From assembly GCA_020848475.1 (NCBI GenBank), contig JADKZZ010000042.1, positions 4,243 through 68,242 of the forward strand: 64,000 bases of DNA. The letters are read 5' to 3'. Under the pieces are notes generated by a model. That model saw only the letters and a program-made list of their open reading frames with translations. It was not told where the DNA came from and did no database searches. Shown here piece by piece: positions 1 through 10,033 of this stretch (positions within the stretch are counted from its first letter, which is position 1; every line of letters starts with the position of its first letter). Origin of the DNA: Chitinophagales bacterium. GTDB lineage: Bacteria > Bacteroidota > Bacteroidia > Chitinophagales > JADIYW01. A program made the translations under genes and the position numbers.

Positions 1-933
1 TAATCCAGCATTTGCAAACGCCATATTATTTGGAAAATTCATCTCAGGACCTAAATAACGCATGAAGTCTTGCGTAGCTTCTACAAATTTTGCCTCAAAA
101 GGATTTTCACGAAGTCGTACTAGTGCTTTTGTCAAAATATCTATCGCTGTTTCTTTGTCAGGTTGCGAAGAATGTCCACCTTTTTTATTGACAGAAAATA
201 ATAAAGACATGTAGCCTTTTTCAGCTGTACCAATTAATGCAACTGCTTTGTTTATGCCTGGCACTTTTTCTTTTGTTACAATGCCACCTTCATCCATCAC
301 TAAATCTGCTTTTATTTTTCGCTGTTTAAATAAAGCAGCAACTTTAACTGCACCTTGTTTGCCTCCAATTTCTTCATCATGTCCAAAAACAAAATAAACA
401 GTTCGCGTAGGTTGGAAATTTTCTGATAGTAATTTTTCTGTGCTTTCTAAAATGGAAATCAAATTTATTTTATCGTCAGTAGTACCTCGTCCCCAAATAT
501 ATCCATCTTTTATAGTGCCAGCAAACGGTTGACAAGTCCATTGATTTTGAGTAGCAGTTTCAATAGGAACCACATCTTGATGTGCCATTAAAATAAATGG
601 CGCCAATGTTGTGTCTTTGCCTTGCCATTTGTACAAAAGCGTATAATTGCTGACGATTTCACGATTTAACTTTTGGTGCACTAATGGATATGTTTTTTCT
701 AAAAATTGTCTGAACTGAATAAAAGGCTCGGCTTTCCACTGTAGCGTATCATTATATGATATAGTTGGAAAGCTTATAGCTTCTTGAAAATGGTGCAAGG
801 CATTATCTGATAGCAGCGGCGCTGGATTGTGTTTTATTTTTATTTGTAAGTGTGGTGCCGTAATCGTTTTAAAAGAAATAATTCCTATAAAAATAAGTAA
901 TGAAGCAAGTACTAACAATATAAGCTTTTTCAT
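1..933 (-). CDS. M20/M25/M40 family metallopeptidase; the start is in the window and the 3' end is truncated by the window edge
   Basis: This ORF is absent from the supplied track because it runs off the window. The reverse complement of 931-933 is ATG, followed by MKKLILLVLASLLIFIGIISF, which looks like a signal or anchor sequence. Downstream translation contains the M20-type motifs HQDVVP, GRGTTDDK and GHDEEIGG. Confidence 0.75.
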   Translation of the reverse strand, partial: MKKLILLVLASLLIFIGIISFKTITAPHLQIKIKHNPAPLLSDNALHHFQEAISFPTISYNDTLQWKAEPFIQFRQFLEKTYPLVHQKLNREIVSNYTLLYKWQGKDTTLAPFILMAHQDVVPIETATQNQWTCQPFAGTIKDGYIWGRGTTDDKINLISILESTEKLLSENFQPTRTVYFVFGHDEEIGGKQGAVKVAALFKQRKIKADLVMDEGGIVTKEKVPGINKAVALIGTAEKGYMSLLFSVNKKGGHSSQPDKETAIDILTKALVRLRENPFEAKFVEATQDFMRYLGPEMNFPNNMAFANAGL

Positions 934-984
934 GTTGTTGTTGATGATTTTTGTATTATTCTAAAGCGTAAACTTGGACTGTTA

Positions 985-1494
985 TTAAAATCCTTTCAAT
1001 AATGCTTCTTTGATTTTTTTATCTTTTGGTTTTTTACCTACGTACATGCCAAAAATTGTCTCAGCAAATAATTGCCCATTTTTATTGGAATAAATTTCCT
1101 GATTATTTTTATACAATTTTAATTCTTTATCGCTCGTATAATAAATATCGATACTGTCTTTGAATTGTACATTTGATGTTTCTATTACCTTGCGTAAGTC
1201 ATCTACCAAATCTTTTTGTTGCATATATAAATTGCCAAGGCCTTCTTTCATGCCATTTTGTATGTTTTCGCTTACCGCTTTTGATGTTGCTAATGGTGTA
1301 ATAATAAGCATACGTAAGCTTCTTTCGATATTGCTTTCTATGGCAATATTTTCTTGCTGTATTGGTTTTGCTGCATAAAGAGCAATGATATAAGTTTGAA
1401 TAAAAAATTTAGAACGAATTGCCACACCATTCAAAAATAAATCTACATTATTTGGATTTATTTTGTTTTCAATTTCAAAACCTGCTACTTTCAT
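985..1494 (-). CDS. Chalcone isomerase-like (Chalcone_3-type) family protein
   Basis: The segments VAGFEIE...LFLNGVAIRSKFFIQTYIIALY match the pattern of bacterial chalcone-isomerase-like proteins. I chose the internal ATG at 1494 (M22 of the track ORF) because the longer ORF overlaps the tdk 3' end. No signal peptide is evident with either start. Confidence 0.5.
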   Translation of the reverse strand: MKVAGFEIENKINPNNVDLFLNGVAIRSKFFIQTYIIALYAAKPIQQENIAIESNIERSLRMLIITPLATSKAVSENIQNGMKEGLGNLYMQQKDLVDDLRKVIETSNVQFKDSIDIYYTSDKELKLYKNNQEIYSNKNGQLFAETIFGMYVGKKPKDKKIKEALLKGF

Positions 1495-1504
1495 ACCTAT
1501 AAAT

Positions 1505-2086
1505 TTACGGTTCTTGTTGCATACTATTTGAAAAACAAGCTCGACAACGCGGTTCATAGCTTTCTTTTTCTCCTAATAAAACTTTGCTTTCATTTTCTAC
1601 CAAGCGATAGGAATGATTGGCTAGTGCACCACATCTTACACAAATGGCATGTACTTTGGTAATATATTCAGCTTTTGCCAAAAGTGCTGGTATTGGACCG
1701 AATGGTCTGCCTAAAAAGTCCATGTCTAAACCAGCAATAATTACTCGAATACCTTTATTTGCTAATTGCTCACACACTTCAGGCAAGCCATCATCAAAAA
1801 ATTGGGCTTCATCGATGCCGACTACTTCAACATCATTAGATAATAGTAATATATTTTGTGAGCTCGAAACAGGTGTGCTCGTTATAGAATTGGCATCATG
1901 CGAAACAACCTCTGTTTCATGATATCTGGTGTCGATTAATGGTTTGAAAATTTCCACTTTTAAATTGGCAATCTTGGCACGTTTTAGCCTTCTAATGAGT
2001 TCTTCCGTCTTGCCGGAAAACATCGATCCGCACACCACTTCTATCCAACCCGATTTAGACTTATTAACATTTGGTTCTAAAAACAT
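1505..2086 (-). CDS. tdk: Thymidine kinase
   Basis: The protein has the P-loop [14 protein letters not shown], the motif [10 protein letters not shown], and C-terminal zinc-ribbon cysteines (CVRCG...CRAC). Its 193-aa length is typical of type II thymidine kinases. Confidence 0.95.
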   Translation of the reverse strand: MFLEPNVNKSKSGWIEVVCGSMFSGKTEELIRRLKRAKIANLKVEIFKPLIDTRYHETEVVSHDANSITSTPVSSSQNILLLSNDVEVVGIDEAQFFDDGLPEVCEQLANKGIRVIIAGLDMDFLGRPFGPIPALLAKAEYITKVHAICVRCGALANHSYRLVENESKVLLGEKESYEPRCRACFSNSMQQEP

Positions 2087-2138
2087 GTATGAAATTTGTA
2101 TTTTACCTTATAAATTCGACATCAAAATACAAAAACAG

Positions 2139-3560
2139 ATGGAAATAAGAAACGCTTTGCAGAAAATTGAGAACTACCTTACTGTAGTTTCCAATCTAAA
2201 TCGAACAATTCTGTCAGAAGGAACTATGTCTAGAGATGAATTACTTTTGATGAAAAAGTATTTATATACCAGCATCGATAGAATTGAAGATATCGAACGT
2301 TCGCTAATAATCGATAAGAGCGTAGATAAATCTTTTGTGCCTACCGCACTTGTTGATAATACCGTAAAGCCAACGATAAGCAAAGAAAAAGAAATCGTTG
2401 CCGTAGAAACGAATGAACACTTAGACGAGGTGGAGGCAGTTTTGACAGCAACACAAACAGAAGATTTGCATGAATTTGTCGAAGAAATTCAAACAGAAAA
2501 TGACAATAAATTGGTGGAGATAGTTGGCGAAATTTCAACTACAACAATAGAAAATAAAAGCGATGAATTGCCAATTCTAACTTCAGGCGATGCAGAAACA
2601 TTCGTAGAAAGTATTATCACAGAAGATTATGCATTAAATAGTGCTGAAACAACAGTAGTGGAAACAGTATTGAGTGTTGCTGAAGAAGCCAAACCAATGG
2701 CAGAAAAAACTTCATTTGTCGATAGTATCATTACTGAAGATTATTCATTAAACAAACTCTTCGAAAGCAAAGAAGAAAACAATGCTAATCTGTTGGTCAA
2801 TGAGATAGAAGAACCTATTATTCCATTTAAAGAAGTGAAGAGCGAAGTGCAAAATATAATTACAGAAGATTATGCACTTAATAGCAATGAGCAAAACGTG
2901 GAAATAGTAGCTGAAGTTCAAAAGCAAGAAGTTCAAACAAATGAAGACGAGCTAGAACCTATAAATACGACATTAGTAGCTCAATTTGAAAATAAAACAC
3001 CATTAACTTTTGCAGAGCAATTAGAAAATAGCAAAAATGAAGTTTCGCTATCAGATCAACTCGAACAGAAATTAAATGCTACTCAACAAGCACAATTGTT
3101 TGAAAAATTTGATGATGGAAAAGATGATTTTCATGAAACATTCTTGCAAACTAAACAATCAGAAATTACGCAAATCAAAACAGAAAATCCAATTTCTACC
3201 GCGTATGATAGTGGAAATGTTTTGGTGGCAGAAAAAATTGAAACTGTTGTAGATGAGCTAACACCTTCAGCATTAAATGATGTATTTAAATCACAAACAA
3301 TCCATGATGTTTTACAGGCTAAATCAGCAAAAACAATTAGCGAATCAATAGCACTAAACGATAAATTTATTTTTGTTCGTGAATTATTTGGCAACCATTT
3401 TGGTGAATACGAAATGGGCTTGAAACAATTGGAAACACAGACGACTTACGAACAAGCAGAAAATTTCTGTAAAGAAAAATTATGGAATAAATACAATTGG
3501 AACGACAAAACGAACGCAGTGGAACGCTTTATGGCAGTGCTGCAAAAACGATTTTTCTAA
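2139..3560 (+). CDS. Acidic, low-complexity hypothetical protein with three IITEDY(A/S)LN motifs and a more ordinary-composition (possibly globular) C-terminal region
   Basis: This is a long uninterrupted ORF. The track start at 1929 lies inside tdk on the opposite strand, so I chose the ATG at 2139 (MEIRNALQKIENYL), the first start beyond tdk. I recognise no catalytic motif. Confidence 0.55.
   Translation: MEIRNALQKIENYLTVVSNLNRTILSEGTMSRDELLLMKKYLYTSIDRIEDIERSLIIDKSVDKSFVPTALVDNTVKPTISKEKEIVAVETNEHLDEVEAVLTATQTEDLHEFVEEIQTENDNKLVEIVGEISTTTIENKSDELPILTSGDAETFVESIITEDYALNSAETTVVETVLSVAEEAKPMAEKTSFVDSIITEDYSLNKLFESKEENNANLLVNEIEEPIIPFKEVKSEVQNIITEDYALNSNEQNVEIVAEVQKQEVQTNEDELEPINTTLVAQFENKTPLTFAEQLENSKNEVSLSDQLEQKLNATQQAQLFEKFDDGKDDFHETFLQTKQSEITQIKTENPISTAYDSGNVLVAEKIETVVDELTPSALNDVFKSQTIHDVLQAKSAKTISESIALNDKFIFVRELFGNHFGEYEMGLKQLETQTTYEQAENFCKEKLWNKYNWNDKTNAVERFMAVLQKRFF
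2610..2885 (+). repeat. Three spaced copies of a coding repeat specifying (S/N)IITEDY(A/S)LN
   Basis: The copies lie at 2610-2642 (SIITEDYALNS), 2724-2753 (SIITEDYSLN) and 2853-2885 (NIITEDYALNS). I read them directly from the DNA in the frame of the 2139-3560 ORF. Confidence 0.8.
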
Positions 3561-3584
3561 GTCGAGGAATGTATGAATCAATTT

Positions 3585-3614
3585 CCCGTGCTCATGCACG
3601 GGATTTTTATTTTA
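3585..3614 (+). terminator. Rho-independent terminator after the 2139-3560 ORF
   Basis: A 7-bp GC-rich stem (CCCGTGC at 3585-3591 pairing with GCACGGG at 3596-3602) encloses the 4-nt loop TCAT. It is followed by ATTTTTATTTT. Confidence 0.6.
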
Positions 3615-4797
3615 TAATATCGTCAACTATTGCTTCTGCTACATTATTATGTTTGTCAAAATATACATCAAGCTTTTCCTTGATACAATTACGTAATATT
3701 TCATCATTTAGATAAATTAATAATTGCTGCTCAAATGCTTCATATTGTTTAAAACTATGAGCAGTTTCTAATTGAATAAAATCATTAGCATCTTCAAATT
3801 TTGTATAGTTTGGACCAAATAAAATTGGAATACCATACACAGCAGCTTCTGAAATATTGTGCGTGCCACTGTTGAAACCACCACCAATTACTGCTATTGA
3901 AGCGTATCTATAAGCATATTTTAATATTCCTTTTCTGTCCAAAAATAAAATAGCAGATGTGTTTCCAAATTGATAGTTTGAATAGGAAGAAATGATTGTC
4001 GATTTAGATTGTTCTTCAGATGTAAACAGTGAGTTTAATTGTTCAAGTTTGCCGTCTCCATATTCATGAGGAGCAATTATTATTTTTATTTTTGCATTGT
4101 TTTTAATAAAAAAACGAGCCATCATCTTTTCTTCTTCTTGCCAGCTGCTTCCTAATATGACAACAATACTATCACGGCAAAAATCTGTTAAGATTTTATC
4201 TGAAAATATTTGGTTTTTATTTTGAACGACCTGCTCTAACTTCGTGTTGCCATCGTCTTGTGTGCTAAAAATTTTAGTAAATAATGGAAATGTTTTATCA
4301 AGATAAAAACGATATAATAGATTTCTTCTTTGTTTCAAATTCGCATTGACTAAATAAGTCGGAGTTTTCTTTTGATAGAGTAATGATAACACATTCAACC
4401 ATATTTCGTTTCTGATAAAAATGACATATTTTGCTTGTAAAAAATCAACGACATATTTTGCATTCGCTGCTGTGTCTAAGGGAAAATAAAAAAAGTAATC
4501 AGCTTGCTTTGAATCTTTATACATTGCAAACCCAGAGGGTGAAAAGAAAGAAACGTAGATTTTATAATTCGCTTTCTTTTTTTTGATAGCATTGATGATA
4601 GGTATTGCTTGTTCAAATTCACCAGCGGAAGCACAATGTATCCAAATAATGTGCTCGTTTGTCTTTTCTGAATTCAATAGAATTTTTTTCCAATTTTTTT
4701 GAGCATTTACCCATGATTTGGCTTTTTCATTAAAAAAACTGCTTATCCAAACTAATGCGGAATACAGATAAATAGCAATAGAATAGATAATAGACAT
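3607..4797 (-). CDS. waaA: 3-deoxy-D-manno-octulosonic acid (Kdo) transferase
   Basis: The protein has an N-terminal membrane helix followed by IWIHCASAGEFEQAIPII, which corresponds to the WaaA H-x-x-S-x-GE motif. It also has a C-terminal glycosyltransferase region (GGGFNSGTHNISEAAVYGIPILFGPN). Length is 396 aa. Confidence 0.85.
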   Translation of the reverse strand: MSIIYSIAIYLYSALVWISSFFNEKAKSWVNAQKNWKKILLNSEKTNEHIIWIHCASAGEFEQAIPIINAIKKKKANYKIYVSFFSPSGFAMYKDSKQADYFFYFPLDTAANAKYVVDFLQAKYVIFIRNEIWLNVLSLLYQKKTPTYLVNANLKQRRNLLYRFYLDKTFPLFTKIFSTQDDGNTKLEQVVQNKNQIFSDKILTDFCRDSIVVILGSSWQEEEKMMARFFIKNNAKIKIIIAPHEYGDGKLEQLNSLFTSEEQSKSTIISSYSNYQFGNTSAILFLDRKGILKYAYRYASIAVIGGGFNSGTHNISEAAVYGIPILFGPNYTKFEDANDFIQLETAHSFKQYEAFEQQLLIYLNDEILRNCIKEKLDVYFDKHNNVAEAIVDDIIK

Positions 4798-4884
4798 GAA
4801 TATTTGTTCTTAGATATCAAAAAATATAGGGCAAACTTATTATTTGTTAACGGTTTATGCTAAAATATTTTACGATTTTTTTTG

Positions 4885-4892
4885 TACATTTG
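4885..4892 (+). promoter_or_regulatory. Candidate Bacteroidota -7 promoter box (TACATTTG) for the polysaccharide cluster
   Basis: The sequence matches TAnnTTTG exactly and lies 20 nt upstream of the ATG at 4912. It sits inside the over-extended track ORF that starts at 4882. Confidence 0.4.
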
Positions 4893-4911
4893 CCCATCTC
4901 GTAGACATAAA

Positions 4912-6219
4912 ATGAACAACTCAACAGAATTTCTGTCCGCATATAACAAAAAAGATAAGTCCATAGGCGTAATTGGACTTGGATATGTTGGATTACCTAT
5001 CGCATTAGAATTAGCGAAAAAATTTAAAGTTATTGGTTTTGACATCAACCAGAAACGCGTGGAAATGATGCAAAACAACATCGACCCGAGTAATGAATTA
5101 TCAAGTTCCGCTTTCGAAGGAACAGATATCGTATTTACTGCTGAAACAGATGTGCTAAAAATGGCAACATTTTTTATCGTTGCCGTGCCAACACCAGTTG
5201 ACGAACACAATGTGCCTGACTTAAAACCATTGATTGGAGCTTCCAATACAATTGCAAAGGTGATTAAAAAAGGCGATTACGTCGTTTTCGAATCTACCGT
5301 TTATCCAGGTTGCACAGAGGAAGATTGCGTACCAATTATTGAAGAAAAATCTGGATTGAAATTTATAGAAGATTTTAAAGTCGGCTATTCGCCTGAACGT
5401 ATCAATCCTGGTGATACACTTCATACACTTACAAAAATCACAAAAATCGTTGCTGGCTGTGATGATGAATCCTTAGAAAATATTGCTGCAGTTTATGGTG
5501 CTATAATCGAGCCTGGTGTTTACAAAGCATCTTCTATTAAAGTAGCAGAGGCGGCTAAAGTAATTGAGAATACACAACGCGATTTAAATATTGCGCTCAT
5601 GAATGAGCTGTCTCAGATATTCAGCTTGATGAATATTAATACATACGATGTATTGGAAGCAGCTGGAACAAAATGGAATTTCTTAAAATTTCAGCCTGGT
5701 TTAGTAGGTGGTCACTGCATCGGCGTTGATCCATACTATCTAACCTATAAATCAAATGAACTAGGCTATAAACCACAAATTATATTAAGTGGTAGAAGCA
5801 TCAATGATGGAATGCCGAATTATATTGCAAAAAAAATAGTACAGTTCTTATTAAAAAAAGGCAAAAATCCATCGCAATGTAGAGCGCTAATTATGGGCGC
5901 AACTTTTAAAGAAAATGTGACAGATATCAGAAACTCAAAAGTGTTTAATTTATACAATGAGCTTAAGGATTTCCAACTAGATGTAGAAATGGTTGACGCA
6001 TTAGCAGATAAACACGAAGTGGAAGAAGAATATGGTGTAAGTTTGCAAGCTGACGCAAGTGGAAAATATGATGTGATTTTAGTTGCAGTTTCTCATGATG
6101 CTTATAAAAATTTATCAGAAGATTATTTTACAAGCATTACAAATGAAGATGCTGTGCTCGTGGATATCAAAAATATGTATAAGTCAAAAATTTCTAAATT
6201 AGAATACTGGACATTATAA
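4912..6219 (+). CDS. Nucleotide-sugar (UDP-N-acetyl-hexosamine) dehydrogenase, TviB/WbpO/CapL-like
   Basis: The protein has the Rossmann motif IGVIGLGYVGLPIALELA. The catalytic-region motif GGHCIGVDPYY is typical of the UDP-glucose/GDP-mannose dehydrogenase family. I placed the start at the ATG at 4912 (MNNSTEF). Confidence 0.85.
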   Translation: MNNSTEFLSAYNKKDKSIGVIGLGYVGLPIALELAKKFKVIGFDINQKRVEMMQNNIDPSNELSSSAFEGTDIVFTAETDVLKMATFFIVAVPTPVDEHNVPDLKPLIGASNTIAKVIKKGDYVVFESTVYPGCTEEDCVPIIEEKSGLKFIEDFKVGYSPERINPGDTLHTLTKITKIVAGCDDESLENIAAVYGAIIEPGVYKASSIKVAEAAKVIENTQRDLNIALMNELSQIFSLMNINTYDVLEAAGTKWNFLKFQPGLVGGHCIGVDPYYLTYKSNELGYKPQIILSGRSINDGMPNYIAKKIVQFLLKKGKNPSQCRALIMGATFKENVTDIRNSKVFNLYNELKDFQLDVEMVDALADKHEVEEEYGVSLQADASGKYDVILVAVSHDAYKNLSEDYFTSITNEDAVLVDIKNMYKSKISKLEYWTL

Positions 6220-7271
6220 TGAAAAAAATCTTAATTACTGGAGGCGCTGGTTTTATTGGCTCACACGTGGTGAGATTATTCGTTCAGAAATATCCGCAAT
6301 ATACGATTGTGAATCTGGACAAGCTAACCTATGCTGGTAATTTAGAAAACTTGAAAGACATTGAACATCATACGAATTATATTTTTGAAAAAGTAGATAT
6401 CGTTGATGCGAATGCTATAGATACTTTATTTGAAAAATATAAATTTGATAGTGTTATACATTTAGCAGCAGAATCGCATGTAGATCGCTCTATTTTAAAT
6501 CCGCTCGAATTTATCATGACTAATGTTGTCGGGACGGTCAATTTGCTGAATGCTGCAAAAAAATGCTGGCATGATGATTTTTCTGGCAAATTATTTTATC
6601 ACGTTTCAACGGATGAAGTGTATGGCAGCTTAGGTGAAACAGGACTCTTTACAGAAGAAACTGCTTATGATCCACGTTCGCCATATTCCGCATCTAAAGC
6701 AAGCTCAGATCACTTTGTGAGAGCTTATGAAAATACCTATCATCTTCCTGTTGTCATTTCTAATTGCTCCAACAATTATGGTGCTTTTCAATTTCCCGAA
6801 AAATTGATTCCACTTTTTATCAATAATATCAAAAACAATAAACCATTGCCTGTATATGGCAAAGGTGATTATACCAGAGATTGGCTTTTTGTAGAAGACC
6901 ATGCAACTGCTATTGATACAATTTTTCACAATGGCAAGCTTGGCGAAACTTATAATATCGGCGGCTTTAATGAATGGCAAAATATCGACTTGATAAAATT
7001 GCTTTGTGCCATTATGGATAAAAAATTAAATAGAGAAAAAGGCAGCTCCGAGCAATTGATTACTTATGTGAAGGATAGACCAGGACACGATAAGCGTTAT
7101 GCCATTGACGCGTCAAAACTCAATAAAGAACTAGGCTGGAAACCATCATTACAATTTGAAGAAGGCTTGGAAAAAACAGTAGATTGGTATTTGCAAAATG
7201 AAACATGGTTACATCACGTTACATCAGGTGAATATCAAAATTATTACAAACATCAGTATGAATTAAGCTAG
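6219..7271 (+). CDS. rfbB: dTDP-glucose 4,6-dehydratase
   Basis: The protein shows ILITGGAGFIGSH, STDEVYG and YSASKASSD (the SDR Y-x3-K catalytic motif), plus a C-terminal DRPGHDKRYAID segment. The start overlaps the upstream stop codon (TAATG). Confidence 0.95.
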   Translation: MKKILITGGAGFIGSHVVRLFVQKYPQYTIVNLDKLTYAGNLENLKDIEHHTNYIFEKVDIVDANAIDTLFEKYKFDSVIHLAAESHVDRSILNPLEFIMTNVVGTVNLLNAAKKCWHDDFSGKLFYHVSTDEVYGSLGETGLFTEETAYDPRSPYSASKASSDHFVRAYENTYHLPVVISNCSNNYGAFQFPEKLIPLFINNIKNNKPLPVYGKGDYTRDWLFVEDHATAIDTIFHNGKLGETYNIGGFNEWQNIDLIKLLCAIMDKKLNREKGSSEQLITYVKDRPGHDKRYAIDASKLNKELGWKPSLQFEEGLEKTVDWYLQNETWLHHVTSGEYQNYYKHQYELS

Positions 7272-7272
7272 T

Positions 7273-10032
7273 ATGAAATATATATCAAAAATAATTTTCC
7301 TTTTTCTTTTCCTTAGCATTGTGGCTGAGTCGAAAGCACAATTTGTGATGCCGACTTTGCCTTCTGTACAACCAGGAATTCCTGCAAATATCAATGCGCA
7401 AGATCCGACTGTAAAAGAGATTTTTAAAAAAATTGAAGATACTTTACAAATTCGTCAAGGTGAAATAAAAGTAGAAGAGGTGAAAAGATCGCAAGACATC
7501 GCAAAACAGATAACACCTCGCTCAAAAGATGCTGACGAACAAGCTGGTGCGATTGGTAATGCTACTAATGCGACAGAAGTAAAAGATAATAAAAGCTCGC
7601 CAGACAAACTATTAAAAGAAGCACAAAAAGCATCTGAAACAGTTGAAAAAATTACTGCTACTGCTACACGCGAACTTCGTGAGAAATTGGATACGGTTGA
7701 TATTTATGGCTTTACTTATTTCCGTCAAAAAGATGTAAAAATATTTAACAACGCAGTAGATATAAAACCTCCTAGCAATTATATCTTAGGTGTTGGCGAC
7801 CAATTAGTCGTTTCTATTTGGGGTTATGCAGATTACAATCGCTTATTTTACATTGATAAAGATGGATACATACAACAAGAAAATATCGGTAGAGTGTATC
7901 TGAAAGGCTTGACTTTAGAACAAGCTAAAGGCTTATTGCGTACTCGATTTGCCAATGCATATATGATTGATAAATCAGATTTTGATGTCTCTATTAACTA
8001 TTCACGTGTAATCACGATAAATGTAGTAGGTGATGTTGAAAATCCAGGCTCTTATACTTTCCCTGCTATCAATACTGCATATAATATTTTAGCTTATGTC
8101 GGCGGTCCATCTAAATCAGGTTCTATTCGTGATATTCAAATAAAACGCGATGGAAAAATCATTAGAAATTTCGACTTATACAAATTCTTATTTACGCCAG
8201 AAAAACAAGATGATATTTTCTTAGATAATAATGATTATATCTATGTGCCAGCACAAAAAAATATTGTACGAATTGAAGGCGCCATAAACAGAGAAGGGAA
8301 ATATGAAATGAAAAATGGCGAAACATTTGAAGATTTATTAAAATATTGTGGTGGCTATAAACCTGATGCATTCACAAAGGTTATTCAAATCAGAAGATTC
8401 GACGAAAATAAACAAATCTTGATTGATTATAATTTAGATAGCGTTCGTTTGTCTGGTGGCAAAATTTTATTAAAACATGGTGATGTTGTTGGCGTTCGCT
8501 CTATTCCAGAAAAAGTAAAAAACTATAATGATATTAATGGTTCTGTATTATTGCCTGGAAGATATGAATGGCGCGAAGGCGATAGAGTTTGGGATTTAAT
8601 TAGCAAAGCTCAAGGCTTGAAAGAAGATGCTTACTTAGACGAAGCATACGTGATCAGAACAAATTATGGCGACTTTAGAAAACATACCTATAAGGTGAGT
8701 TTGCAAAATATTATCGACGATAAAAATTCAGAAGACAATATGTTGCTCACCTTTAGAGATGTAGTTGAAGTGTATGCAAAAACAGATTATTTCGACAAAT
8801 TTGATATCGAAGTAAAAGGAGAAGTAAGAAAACCTAGGCGCTTTGAATCAGAAAAAGGTATGTCACTTCGCGATGCATTAATTATGTGTAATGGCTTAAA
8901 AGAAGAAGCGCTTTTGGATAAAATTATTATCTATCGAGTGAATGATGATTTGACAGAGAAATTAATCTCCTTTAGAATTGATACAACTAATAATTTCGAG
9001 GCTTTAGATACTTTTAAATTGAAAAAGCGTGATAAAATTTATGTATTAAAAGATTTAAGAAGAATAGATAAATATTATATCGAAGTAAATGGTATGGTGC
9101 GTAAAAATGATACGTTTCCTTATATGGAAAGCATGACCTTAGCAGACGCTTTGATATTAGCACAAGGCTTTAAAATGGAGGCTGCTTCTAATAGAATTGA
9201 AATTGCACGTATTGCTAATTATGACAAAGCTATTTCACAATCTGTACCTACACAGGTAACAATTTTAAACTATAGTATTAGTAAAAATATAGGTAAAGAT
9301 CCTGTTGCCAACTCCGTTAAATTACAACCATTTGACCAAATCTATGTTCGCCCTACGCCAGAATTTGAATACCAAATGAAAGTAACTGTGAAAGGTGAAG
9401 TATTGTATCCGGGCACTTATGTATTGACATCTAAAGACGAAAGGTTAGCTACTTTAATAGAACGCGCAGGTGGCCTTACTAGATTTGCTTATGCAGATGG
9501 TGCGAAACTAAAACGCACAGAAGATGGCATCGGAAATATTTTGACGAACTTAAATGTTGCGATGAAAAACAAAAACTCTAAGTTTAATTATGTTTTAAAA
9601 GAAGGCGACGAAATCGACATTCCAGCAATAAAAGACTTAGTCGCTTTAAAAGGAGAATTTAATTATCCAGCAGATGAAAAACCTGAAAATCTATATGTAC
9701 CATTCAACGAAGGTAAAGATGCAAAATTCTATATCTATAAATATGGCGCAGGATTCAGTGATAGCGCATACAAAAAGAAAACCTATGTTATTCGTCCAAA
9801 TGGTCAAATATTAAGCACGCAGAGAACATTCTTTGGAAAAAATTATCCAAAAGTGGAAAAAGGTTCGACTATCGTAATTCCTAAACGCATACCAAAAGAG
9901 AAAAAACAAAGAGTCCGTAATGCCAATAGTGGCGCAATATTGCAAAAAGCGGTCACAGGCGCTGTAGGTGCAATTTCTTCTGTACTAACTTTATATTTAC
10001 TCTTTGAAACAGTGCGGAATACTAAAAAATAA
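7273..10032 (+). CDS. Polysaccharide export outer-membrane protein (Wza-like, multi-SLBB, 919 aa)
   Basis: The signal peptide is MKYISKIIFLFLFLSIVAESKAQ. A Poly_export-type motif (YILGVGDQLVVSIWG) is followed by repeated SLBB-like units (V.V.GEV.KPG.Y..., seen at least three times). There is a C-terminal hydrophobic helix. Confidence 0.8.
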   Translation: MKYISKIIFLFLFLSIVAESKAQFVMPTLPSVQPGIPANINAQDPTVKEIFKKIEDTLQIRQGEIKVEEVKRSQDIAKQITPRSKDADEQAGAIGNATNATEVKDNKSSPDKLLKEAQKASETVEKITATATRELREKLDTVDIYGFTYFRQKDVKIFNNAVDIKPPSNYILGVGDQLVVSIWGYADYNRLFYIDKDGYIQQENIGRVYLKGLTLEQAKGLLRTRFANAYMIDKSDFDVSINYSRVITINVVGDVENPGSYTFPAINTAYNILAYVGGPSKSGSIRDIQIKRDGKIIRNFDLYKFLFTPEKQDDIFLDNNDYIYVPAQKNIVRIEGAINREGKYEMKNGETFEDLLKYCGGYKPDAFTKVIQIRRFDENKQILIDYNLDSVRLSGGKILLKHGDVVGVRSIPEKVKNYNDINGSVLLPGRYEWREGDRVWDLISKAQGLKEDAYLDEAYVIRTNYGDFRKHTYKVSLQNIIDDKNSEDNMLLTFRDVVEVYAKTDYFDKFDIEVKGEVRKPRRFESEKGMSLRDALIMCNGLKEEALLDKIIIYRVNDDLTEKLISFRIDTTNNFEALDTFKLKKRDKIYVLKDLRRIDKYYIEVNGMVRKNDTFPYMESMTLADALILAQGFKMEAASNRIEIARIANYDKAISQSVPTQVTILNYSISKNIGKDPVANSVKLQPFDQIYVRPTPEFEYQMKVTVKGEVLYPGTYVLTSKDERLATLIERAGGLTRFAYADGAKLKRTEDGIGNILTNLNVAMKNKNSKFNYVLKEGDEIDIPAIKDLVALKGEFNYPADEKPENLYVPFNEGKDAKFYIYKYGAGFSDSAYKKKTYVIRPNGQILSTQRTFFGKNYPKVEKGSTIVIPKRIPKEKKQRVRNANSGAILQKAVTGAVGAISSVLTLYLLFETVRNTKK

Positions 10033-10033
10033 T

